Shown one piece after another: positions 7,543 to 14,768 of a DNA stretch of 26,370 nucleotides. The translations under genes and the position numbers were made by a program. The stretch's first letter is position 1; every line of letters starts with the position of its first letter. The notes beneath the pieces were generated by a model. That model was not told where the DNA came from. It did not search any database and worked only from the letters and a program-made list of their open reading frames with translations. This DNA is from an uncultured Candidatus Saccharibacteria bacterium. GTDB taxonomy: Bacteria > Patescibacteriota > Minisyncoccia > Phycocordibacterales > UBA9973. The stretch is taken from NCBI GenBank assembly GCA_964543175.1, contig CAZIWS010000003.1:1-26370 (forward strand). Reading direction: 5' to 3'.

Positions 7543-9372
7543 TTACATTTTCTCTGGAATTTGAATTCCCAAAAGCCAAAGCCCATTTTGCATAGTTTGA
7601 TAAAATGCTTGAACAAGTTTTAAATGATATTTAATATTAGAATTATCCTCACTTAGAATTTTATTCTGTACATAAAAAGAGTTAAAAGAACTCGCTAGTT
7701 GAGTTAAATAAGTAGCAATATGGTGTGGTTCAAAATTTAAATATGCTTTTTCTACTATTTCTGGAAATTGATGAAGAGTTTTTTCAAGAGATTCTTGTGA
7801 AAAAAAAGTTGTGTCTGAAATACCTTGAAAGCGCGACGGCGTGAACACGAGGAATTTTTTAGTAGAAAAATATCCGTGCATTTTAGAAATAACTTTTTTT
7901 TCTAAAGCCTTAACTAAAATAGATTTCGCTCGAACAGCAGTATATTGTAAATATGGCCCTGAGTCACCTTCAAAAGAAATTGATTTTTCAAAATCAAAAA
8001 CAATATCTGAGCCCAAAGAAGATCGAAGAATAGAATATTTTAAAGCTGAAACTCCTACAATTTCTGAAATTTTATTTTTCTCTTCTTTAGAAAAATTTCG
8101 ATCAGCTACTTTTTCTAAAATAACATTTATGGAATTCTGCAAAAGAGACACCCCGGTGACAACATTACCTAAACGAGAAGACATTTTGCCTTCAGCAAAA
8201 CGCATCATGCCATGGACAACATGTTTCATCTTTTTTTCTAAATCAGGATGTATTACGGAAATTGCTTTTTGAACTACTTTCATATATTCTGCTTGTTCAT
8301 TTGCAGTAATTACAATTGATAAATCTAAACTTTTTTGCCAAAAAGATTTTTTAAATTTTCTTAAACTTAAACCTAATTCTTTTGTTTCATAGGTAGGTAA
8401 ACCCTGAGAATTAATAAAAACCCGAGTATGTAATTTTGAATCATATTTTTCTCCATGAAAAACAATGGCCTTTTCTGATTCTTCAAAAATTTCACCAAAA
8501 TTTTGCCAAACAATTTTTTTGCCCTCATTGATCATCTGACTTTCAAAATAATACTTATCAAATTTTGTACCTAAAATTTTATAAATTTCCTCAAAAGATT
8601 CAAGGGTTATTTTTATTCCCCAGTTGTAAATTTCATTTATTTTTTTATCACTTTTGTTATAAATTTTTTTATTTATTTCAGTTATTTCTTTTTTAATATT
8701 TTCGTCACTGTCATATAGATTACTGCCTTTTGAATAACATAAACCAATATATTCAGCTTTTTGTGATATAGATAAATCATCTCTAGGCAAACCATCCTGT
8801 ATTAAAATATAAATAGCTTTAGCAATATGAGGACCAACATCACCTTGATAATTTGCCCTAATTATATTTGCTCCAGAAAATTCAACTATTCTAGAAATGG
8901 ATTCACCAATAGCATTACTCATCAAATGCCCAATATGAAAAGGTTTAAAAGGATTTGGCTGAGTATATTCAACCATAATTTTTTTACCTTTAGATAAATT
9001 ATTTTTCCCCCAGTTTTCACCTTGTTTTAAAATATTTTCAATATTTGCTGTAAAAAATTCTCTTGATAAGTAAAAATTAATAAATCCTGGACCAGCAATT
9101 TGAATTTCCTGAATTAAACCCCCACCCTTGCCCTCCCCCTTAATAAGGGGGAGGGTTTTGAGGGAGTCGATCCTTTTCATTTCATTTACAATCTTCTCTG
9201 CCAACTCTTTAGGATTCATTTTTAATTGTTTAGCATAAACCATAGCCACATTAGTGGAGTAATCACCATTTTTAAAATCTTCCGGATGCTCTAAGTTTAT
9301 ATCTTTAACTTCAACCTTAAGATTTTCTAAAACTTTTTTTATTAAATTTTCTATTTTATATTTAATGTCCAT
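7543..9372 (-). CDS. argS: Arginine--tRNA ligase
   Basis: LEHPEDFKNGDYSTNVAM, IAGPGFINF, MVEYTQPNPFKPFHIGH (HIGH), GLPTYETKELG, GKMSSRLGN, SFEGDSGPYLQYTAVRA, EPHHIATYL. Confidence 0.98.
   Translation of the reverse strand: MDIKYKIENLIKKVLENLKVEVKDINLEHPEDFKNGDYSTNVAMVYAKQLKMNPKELAEKIVNEMKRIDSLKTLPLIKGEGKGGGLIQEIQIAGPGFINFYLSREFFTANIENILKQGENWGKNNLSKGKKIMVEYTQPNPFKPFHIGHLMSNAIGESISRIVEFSGANIIRANYQGDVGPHIAKAIYILIQDGLPRDDLSISQKAEYIGLCYSKGSNLYDSDENIKKEITEINKKIYNKSDKKINEIYNWGIKITLESFEEIYKILGTKFDKYYFESQMINEGKKIVWQNFGEIFEESEKAIVFHGEKYDSKLHTRVFINSQGLPTYETKELGLSLRKFKKSFWQKSLDLSIVITANEQAEYMKVVQKAISVIHPDLEKKMKHVVHGMMRFAEGKMSSRLGNVVTGVSLLQNSINVILEKVADRNFSKEEKNKISEIVGVSALKYSILRSSLGSDIVFDFEKSISFEGDSGPYLQYTAVRAKSILVKALEKKVISKMHGYFSTKKFLVFTPSRFQGISDTTFFSQESLEKTLHQFPEIVEKAYLNFEPHHIATYLTQLASSFNSFYVQNKILSEDNSNIKYHLKLVQAFYQTMQNGLWLLGIQIPEKM
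7798..7875 (-). repeat. 78-nt in-frame insertion element in argS (GYFSTKKFLVFTPSRFQGISDTTFFS)
   Basis: GC-rich core gcgcgacggcgtgaacacgagg (16/22 GC) with a run of rare codons GTG TTC ACG CCG TCG CGC; imperfect inverted A/T arms; 26 codons inserted in the linker after SILVKA. Confidence 0.65.
9118..9168. repeat. 51-nt GC-rich palindromic element in frame in argS (DSLKTLPLIKGEGKGGG)
   Basis: Perfect 12-bp inverted repeat ccctccccctta (9131-9142) / taagggggaggg (9144-9155); 31/51 GC in a very AT-rich gene. Confidence 0.85.
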
Positions 9373-9395
9373 TTAACTTTATATTTATAAACTTT

Positions 9396-9818
9396 TTACT
9401 TTCTTCCTGTTGAACCAAATGCTCCTTCACCTCGAGATGATTCTGATAATTCTTGAACTTCTTCTAACTCTGCAATAACTACTGGATATATTATTAATTG
9501 AGAAACTTTATCCCCCTTCTCTATAGTATATGGTTCACTGCTTAGATTAACAAGATGAGTATTATATTCTCCGCGATAACCAGCATCAAACACTCCGCCC
9601 ATGGTATGAAGACCAGCCTTAGAAATACTACTTTTATCTTTTACAATAGCTGCATAACCTTCAGAAAATTCCATAGCAAAACCATGCCAAATTCTTACAT
9701 GCTCCATCGGCTGTAAAGTAATACTTTCCATGGCATATAAATCCATACCCACATCTCCCAAGTGATGATATTTAGGCAATTTCGCATCTTCTTTTAATTT
9801 TTTTATTTTAATTTGCAT
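9396..9818 (-). CDS. dut: dUTP diphosphatase (trimeric)
   Basis: All five motifs recognisable: GDVGMDL, KDKSS, GVFDAGYRGE, GDKVSQL, RGEGAFGSTG. Confidence 0.97.
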   Translation of the reverse strand: MQIKIKKLKEDAKLPKYHHLGDVGMDLYAMESITLQPMEHVRIWHGFAMEFSEGYAAIVKDKSSISKAGLHTMGGVFDAGYRGEYNTHLVNLSSEPYTIEKGDKVSQLIIYPVVIAELEEVQELSESSRGEGAFGSTGRK

Positions 9819-9821
9819 ATT

Positions 9822-10403
9822 TTATTGCATTGGATCCTTCCCCTCTTTAATGTGAATTAAAGCAAAAATTAAATAGTTTGTAATATCAAAAAGCGAATCT
9901 AAAATTTTTGGATTTAATTTTATAGATTTTTTATTATCTTTTTTTATAAAATTTTCCATTTTAATAATTCTATCAGTTTTTACTAATGCTTCATCAATTA
10001 TGGCAGAAACCCTCATCTTCTTCCAAGATTCTCCATAATCATGATTTTTCTTTAACAACATTTTTTTTATTTCAAAAATTATTTTTTTTATTTTGATAGA
10101 ATTTATAACTTTAACGTCTTTATTTTCTTGTAATCTCCAAATTCTAAAAAGAACATAATTTATTGTATGTGTAACGGTTTCCTCAATTGATTCGTTGATT
10201 AAATTTGATTTTTTCTCTTGTATAGATCTAATTCTTGAAAGTTTAGTTAAAATTCTATCACTAATAGAAGAAGGCCTATACCTACAAACACTTGAACCAT
10301 ATTCTTTCTTTTTTGATTCAATAATATTTAAACATTCGCTTGATATTTCATCAAACCAAAAAACTGTATCTTTATATTCTTTTTCTTTCTTATTCTTTAT
10401 CAT
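9822..10403 (-). CDS. Tandem DUF1599 (nucleotide-modification-associated) domain protein
   Basis: Two repeats: KKKEYGSS..RPSSISDRILTKLSRIRSIQE..INYVLF and KKNHDYGESWKKMRVSAIIDEALVKTDRI..FDITNYLIFALI. These match the KNHDYGEAW.MR.SS.TD.I..K..R..D.INY pattern I recall for DUF1599. Confidence 0.75.
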   Translation of the reverse strand: MIKNKKEKEYKDTVFWFDEISSECLNIIESKKKEYGSSVCRYRPSSISDRILTKLSRIRSIQEKKSNLINESIEETVTHTINYVLFRIWRLQENKDVKVINSIKIKKIIFEIKKMLLKKNHDYGESWKKMRVSAIIDEALVKTDRIIKMENFIKKDNKKSIKLNPKILDSLFDITNYLIFALIHIKEGKDPMQ

Positions 10404-10492
10404 AAAAATTTTTTATAAATTATTTTTCTTAAAAATATTTTTTATAATTTCTGATAATTCTTTTTGTTAATCCCGAAAAATATATTTTCATA

Positions 10493-11755
10493 TTATTTAC
10501 TTCTTAAAATTTTATCTATCTTCTTGGCAATAGCGACCATATCTTTTTCTTTTTTACCGCGAGTTGTTTCTGCACAAGTGCCAAGGCGGATTCCAGATGG
10601 ATCCATTGGCTTTCGAGTATCTCCTGGAATTGTATTCATGTTTACAATAATTCCAGCTTTTTCTAATTTTTCACTTGCTTGTCGACCACTTAGTGGTCGC
10701 CCTGAGAAATTCGAAGGGTTACCTGTGCTACCCCAAACATCAACTAAAATCAAATGAGAATCGGTGCCACCAGAAACAATATGCCAACCTAAACGATTTA
10801 ATTCACCAGCTAAAGCTTGAGCATTTTTAATTACTTGCTTGGCATATTTTTTAAAACTAGAACCCATGGCTTCTTGCAAAGCCACAGCCACGGCGGCTAT
10901 TGTATTTTCATGCGGTCCACCAAAAAGTCCTGGAATAATTACTTTATCAATTTTTTTATCAAGTTCTCTAGGGTCTTTTTTAACAAAAATTAAAGCATGT
11001 CTTGGTCCCCGAAGTGATTTATGGGTAGTGGTCATTACCACATCAGCATATTTAAAAGGACTTGGGTAAACATCACCAGCCACCAAGCCAGCAAAGTGAG
11101 ACATATCTACATGTAAAATTGCTCCTTTTCTTCCATCAGAATAAATTACTGCATCAGCTATTTCTCTGAACTTTTTAAAATCAACTATTCTTGGATAGGC
11201 AGTAAAACCACAAACTATTAAATCAGGTTTTTCTTTTATGGCTAATTCTTTTAATGCTTGATAATCAATTTTTTCTGTTTTAGGATCAACTTCAAATTGA
11301 ACTGAAGTCCATAATTTTCCAGTCATCGAAGCAGGGTGCCCATGAGTTAAATGGCCACCAGAAGATAATTTCATCCCCATTATTTTCCCACCAATAGGTA
11401 CCAGAGCAGAATAAATAGCAAAATTAGCCGGGCTACCAGAAAGAGGTTGTACATTTACGTGCCAAATATCTTTAGATATTTGGCCCTGAGCCTTAGTGGC
11501 GAATGGGCCATCTCCTTTTAATTTAAAAAGTTTTAAAGCTCTTTCAATACAAAGATTTTCAACTTGATCAATAATTTCATTTCCTCCATAATATCTTCGG
11601 CCTGGATAACCTTCAGCATATTTATTAGTAAGCTCTGATCCTAGTGTTTTTAAAACATCTTTAGAAACATAATTCTCAGAAGCAATTAAATTAATAACCT
11701 TTTTTTGTCTTTTAATTTCACTTTTAATTAACTTTTCAATTTTTTTATCTTGCAT
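10493..11755 (-). CDS. glyA: Serine hydroxymethyltransferase
   Basis: LIASENY, NKYAEGYPGRRYYGG, NVQPLSGSPAN, GGHLTHG, TTTHKSLRGPR (PLP lysine), GGPHEN, GGTDSHL, PSGIRLGT. Confidence 0.98.
   Translation of the reverse strand: MQDKKIEKLIKSEIKRQKKVINLIASENYVSKDVLKTLGSELTNKYAEGYPGRRYYGGNEIIDQVENLCIERALKLFKLKGDGPFATKAQGQISKDIWHVNVQPLSGSPANFAIYSALVPIGGKIMGMKLSSGGHLTHGHPASMTGKLWTSVQFEVDPKTEKIDYQALKELAIKEKPDLIVCGFTAYPRIVDFKKFREIADAVIYSDGRKGAILHVDMSHFAGLVAGDVYPSPFKYADVVMTTTHKSLRGPRHALIFVKKDPRELDKKIDKVIIPGLFGGPHENTIAAVAVALQEAMGSSFKKYAKQVIKNAQALAGELNRLGWHIVSGGTDSHLILVDVWGSTGNPSNFSGRPLSGRQASEKLEKAGIIVNMNTIPGDTRKPMDPSGIRLGTCAETTRGKKEKDMVAIAKKIDKILRSK
10698..10718 (-). repeat. CCmTTCGA-N4-CTCAGG element in frame in glyA (PSNFSGR)
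   Basis: CCCTTCGAATTTCTCAGGGCG, immediately followed by the perfect palindrome CGACCACT-A-AGTGGTCG (10683-10699). Confidence 0.75.
11481..11510 (-). repeat. Long-loop variant of the same element in frame in glyA (GPFATKAQGQ)
   Basis: TGGCCCATTCGCCACTAAGGCTCAGGGCCA; 6-bp terminal inverted repeat TGGCCC/GGGCCA; shares CCATTCG and GCTCAGG with the ileS copy. Confidence 0.75.
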
Positions 11756-11763
11756 ATTTATTT

Positions 11764-11772
11764 ATATTATCA
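11764..11772 (-). promoter_or_regulatory. Putative extended -10 promoter for glyA
   Basis: TGA-TAATAT, 8 nt before the ATG at 11755. Confidence 0.35.
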
Positions 11773-11786
11773 CAAAAAAGAATAAA

Positions 11787-12671
11787 TTACTTATTAAATA
11801 AATTATTGCTAAAAGCAAATTTATATCCCAAGCCATCCATGGTTATTTTCAACATACCTAATTGATCTGTTCGAAATAATTGGACATTAAAATCAAATAA
11901 CAAATCCAAGACCTCTTGATGAGGGTGACCATAATTATTATTAAAACCACTTGAAATTAAAGCATATTGAGGGTCAACAGCTTGCAAAAAGTCTCTTGAG
12001 GTTGAACTACGAGAGCCATGGTGTCCTATTTTTAAAATATCATTTTTTAATTTTTCAGAAGAATAATTAGCTAAAAGAATTTTTTCAGTTTTAGAGGTGG
12101 CATCACCCGTTAAAAGAATTGAGTTATTTTTATAAAAAAGCCGAGCAACTAAAGAACCATCATTTCTATCCCAACTTAAAACATCTTGATTAGGGAAAAG
12201 AATTTCAATAAAAACTTCATTTCCTAAATCTAAAATCATTCCTTTTTTAGCTAAAATATTAGGAATATTTTCTTTTTCTATTTCTTTTTTTAAGTTTTGA
12301 TATGTTTGAGAACTATTAGTAGTGCCAGGCTCTAAAATAATTCCCACTGAATAATTTTTTAAAATTTCAGAGAGCCCTCCAATATGGTCTTGGTCGGGAT
12401 TAGTAATAATAATTGCATCTAAGCTTCGATCAAAAGTAGGCATAATTCTAGAAAGCTGATTAATAATTTTTCTATTAGGGCCCGAGTCAACTAAAACTTG
12501 AATACCTGAAGAACTTTGAATTAAAAAAGCGTCTCCCTGTCCAACATCTAACATACTAAAAGTTACTTGGCGGTGAGAATTTAAATAATCAATTCTAAAA
12601 AGAATCAAATTAAAAATCACTAAAAATATACATATAAAAACTAAATAAAGTTTTTTATAATTCTTAAGCAT
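11787..12671 (-). CDS. comEC: ComEC/Rec2-type metallo-beta-lactamase-fold protein (stand-alone C-terminal domain) with N-terminal membrane anchor
   Basis: MLDVGQGDAFLI, VLVDSGP, ITNPDQDHIGG, NDGSLV, ILLTGDA, KIGHHGS, ISSGFNNNYGHPH, RTDQLG. Confidence 0.9.
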   Translation of the reverse strand: MLKNYKKLYLVFICIFLVIFNLILFRIDYLNSHRQVTFSMLDVGQGDAFLIQSSSGIQVLVDSGPNRKIINQLSRIMPTFDRSLDAIIITNPDQDHIGGLSEILKNYSVGIILEPGTTNSSQTYQNLKKEIEKENIPNILAKKGMILDLGNEVFIEILFPNQDVLSWDRNDGSLVARLFYKNNSILLTGDATSKTEKILLANYSSEKLKNDILKIGHHGSRSSTSRDFLQAVDPQYALISSGFNNNYGHPHQEVLDLLFDFNVQLFRTDQLGMLKITMDGLGYKFAFSNNLFNK

Positions 12672-12679
12672 GCTATAAT
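12671..12679 (+). promoter_or_regulatory. Extended -10 promoter for sod (leaderless)
   Basis: TGC-TATAAT, 6 nt before the ATG at 12686. Confidence 0.7.
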
Positions 12680-12686
12680 TTTAACA
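12678..12686 (-). promoter_or_regulatory. Extended -10 promoter for the comEC-MBL gene (leaderless)
   Basis: TGT-TAAAAT (12686->12678), 6 nt before the ATG at 12671. Confidence 0.6.
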
Positions 12687-13282
12687 TGGAAACATTTACT
12701 CAAAAAACATTTAATTTAAAAAACTTAAAAAATATTTCTCAAAAAAATATTGAAGAACATTTAAAACTTTATGAAGGTTACGTAAAAAATACAAATTTAA
12801 TTTTAGAAAAAATAAATCAATTAAATAAAGACCCTATTGATAATGCTTATTTAATTAATGAAATGCATAGACGTTTTTCTTTTGAATTTAATGGGATGCG
12901 CAATCATGAATATTATTTTTCTTCTTTAGAAAATAATTTTCAGGAATTAGAGGAAAATTCAGAATTAAAAAAATTAATAATAAAAGAATTTAATAGTTTT
13001 GAAAATTGGCTAACTATTTTTAAAAAATTAGCTTTAATTCGAGGAATTGGCTGGATAATGCTTTCCTATGATAAAAAAACAAATAAGCTTTTAAATCACT
13101 GGGTAGATGAACAACATTTAGGTCATCTTATGTCCACAAAACCAATTATTTGTCTTGATATGTGGGAACATGCTTATTTAACAGATTATTCACCAGCAGA
13201 AAAAAATAAATATGTGGAAGCATTTTTTGAAAATTTAAACTGGCAAGAAATAGAAAAAAATTTTAAAGAAGCTCTAAAATAA
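12686..13282 (+). CDS. sod: Fe/Mn superoxide dismutase
   Basis: Metal ligands in EEHLKLYEGYV, FNGMRNHEYYF and DMWEHAYLTDY; GIGWIML. Metal specificity cannot be determined. Confidence 0.95.
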   Translation: METFTQKTFNLKNLKNISQKNIEEHLKLYEGYVKNTNLILEKINQLNKDPIDNAYLINEMHRRFSFEFNGMRNHEYYFSSLENNFQELEENSELKKLIIKEFNSFENWLTIFKKLALIRGIGWIMLSYDKKTNKLLNHWVDEQHLGHLMSTKPIICLDMWEHAYLTDYSPAEKNKYVEAFFENLNWQEIEKNFKEALK

Positions 13283-13284
13283 AA

Positions 13285-14751
13285 TTAGTTTTTAAAGAAA
13301 TTTTTAATTTCTTCTTTAAAAAGAAAATAAATAAAATAAATATAAATTAAAATTGTAATTAAAAGTGGAAAATTTGGTATTGCAAAAGAAGCAAAAGATA
13401 ATTGAGAGAAAAATTTTACAATTAATAATTGATAATGAAGAAAAAGATAAGCTAAAAAACTAAAAGGGATAGATAATAAATGCCACAGAAAGCCCAATAT
13501 GCCTGACAAAAATCCCAAAAGCATTGAAATAGGAATAAAAGGAATAATTAAAACATTAGCCGGCAAAGCAACCAAAGAAAGATTGCCCATTTTGTATAAA
13601 ATAAAAGGCATTACAAAAATATAAGCAGAAAAAGTAACAGAAGCAATGTCTCTTAAATTAAAAAAAGAAGGAAGCCATAAAAAATATTTTTCAAGCTTAG
13701 GAGAAAGAAAAATAACTGCTAGGGTGGCCATAAAAGATAACTGAAAAGAAACATCAAATGCTAAAATAAAAGGATTTAAAAAAATCATTAAAATGGCAAC
13801 AATAACTAAAGCTCGAGCAGTATCATAATTTCTACCAGTTGCTCGGGCAAAAAGCATTAAGATAGCCATAAATCCTGCCCGAATAGCCGTTGCTTTTCCG
13901 CCAGTCATTAAAACAAAAAGAAAAATAGAAAAAATAGCTAAATAAATACCTAAAACATTAGGTAAAAAATAAAAAAGTTTCATAATCCATTCAGCAATAA
14001 TGGTAACATTATAGCCAGACAAAGCAACAATATGAATTGTTCCTGTATCAATAAAACTTTGACGTAATGATTCATTAAAAGAAGCTCTTTCCCCTAAAAT
14101 TAAACCGCCCAATAAAAGACTTTCCGGATGAGGAATAGTTAAATCAATTTTTTCTAAAAATTTATTTTTTATCAAAAACAAAAAAGATTTTAAATGATTT
14201 CCATTATTAGAAGAAATAATTTCAATTTGAGGGTAATTAATTAAATACAAAATACCATCTTTTTTTAAATAATTAATATAATCAAAAAATTTACCTTGCT
14301 CAGTATAAAAATTTTCTACTTTTTTTATTTTACCAGAAACAGAAATTAAATCTCCATACTTAAAATCTTGAATAAAATCGGTAGAAATTAAAATTTTTAA
14401 TTTTTGATTTAAAACTTGAATAGTTAATTTTTGATTATTTTCTCTAATTTCTACTTCATCAACAATAATGCCTGATAAAACAACTTCTTGGTTATTAGAA
14501 AAAATATAAAAATTATTAATATTTTTATTTTTAATATCAAGTCTTAGGTAGCCCAAAACCATCATTAAAATAAAAAAACAGAAAACGATTCCCCATTTAT
14601 TTTTATTTTCCTGTAAAAAAAAGAAAAATAAAATAAAAAAAGATAAAAATCCTATCAATAATAAAAAATAAATATTAAAAGAAAAAAAAGACCTAAATAA
14701 AATTCCTACAAAAAAGCCAAAAGAAATTGAATAAAAAATTTTATCTTTCAT
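13285..14751 (-). CDS. comEC: ComEC/Rec2 competence membrane protein (OB fold plus Competence domain, no MBL domain)
   Basis: Multi-TM protein with GLILGER, FIDTGTIHIVALSGYNV, AIRAGFM, NPFILAFDVSFQLSFMAT, ALPANVLIIP. Confidence 0.93.
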   Translation of the reverse strand: MKDKIFYSISFGFFVGILFRSFFSFNIYFLLLIGFLSFFILFFFFLQENKNKWGIVFCFFILMMVLGYLRLDIKNKNINNFYIFSNNQEVVLSGIIVDEVEIRENNQKLTIQVLNQKLKILISTDFIQDFKYGDLISVSGKIKKVENFYTEQGKFFDYINYLKKDGILYLINYPQIEIISSNNGNHLKSFLFLIKNKFLEKIDLTIPHPESLLLGGLILGERASFNESLRQSFIDTGTIHIVALSGYNVTIIAEWIMKLFYFLPNVLGIYLAIFSIFLFVLMTGGKATAIRAGFMAILMLFARATGRNYDTARALVIVAILMIFLNPFILAFDVSFQLSFMATLAVIFLSPKLEKYFLWLPSFFNLRDIASVTFSAYIFVMPFILYKMGNLSLVALPANVLIIPFIPISMLLGFLSGILGFLWHLLSIPFSFLAYLFLHYQLLIVKFFSQLSFASFAIPNFPLLITILIYIYFIYFLFKEEIKNFFKN

Positions 14752-14768
14752 TTAATTTTTTTTAAAAA

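Noticed and set aside
7841-8272. Plus-strand 143-aa ORF beginning inside the argS insert
   Set aside because: Antisense to a conserved part of argS; no independent expression signals seen.
10404-10492. Very AT-rich glyA-DUF1599 spacer with imperfect direct repeats of aaaaa(t)ttttttataa
   Set aside because: Low-complexity A/T sequence; no convincing ORF, hairpin or operator.
10195-11069. Plus-strand ORFs 10195-10470, 10464-10757 and 10839-11069
   Set aside because: Antisense to DUF1599 and glyA; Phe/Ile/Ser-rich composition typical of reverse-complemented AT-rich genes.
13289-13322. 11-bp A/T-rich inverted repeat at the convergent sod/comEC ends
   Set aside because: Only 2 GC pairs at most, a 12-nt loop, lies inside comEC coding sequence, and has no U-tract on the sod strand; plausible by chance at this AT content.
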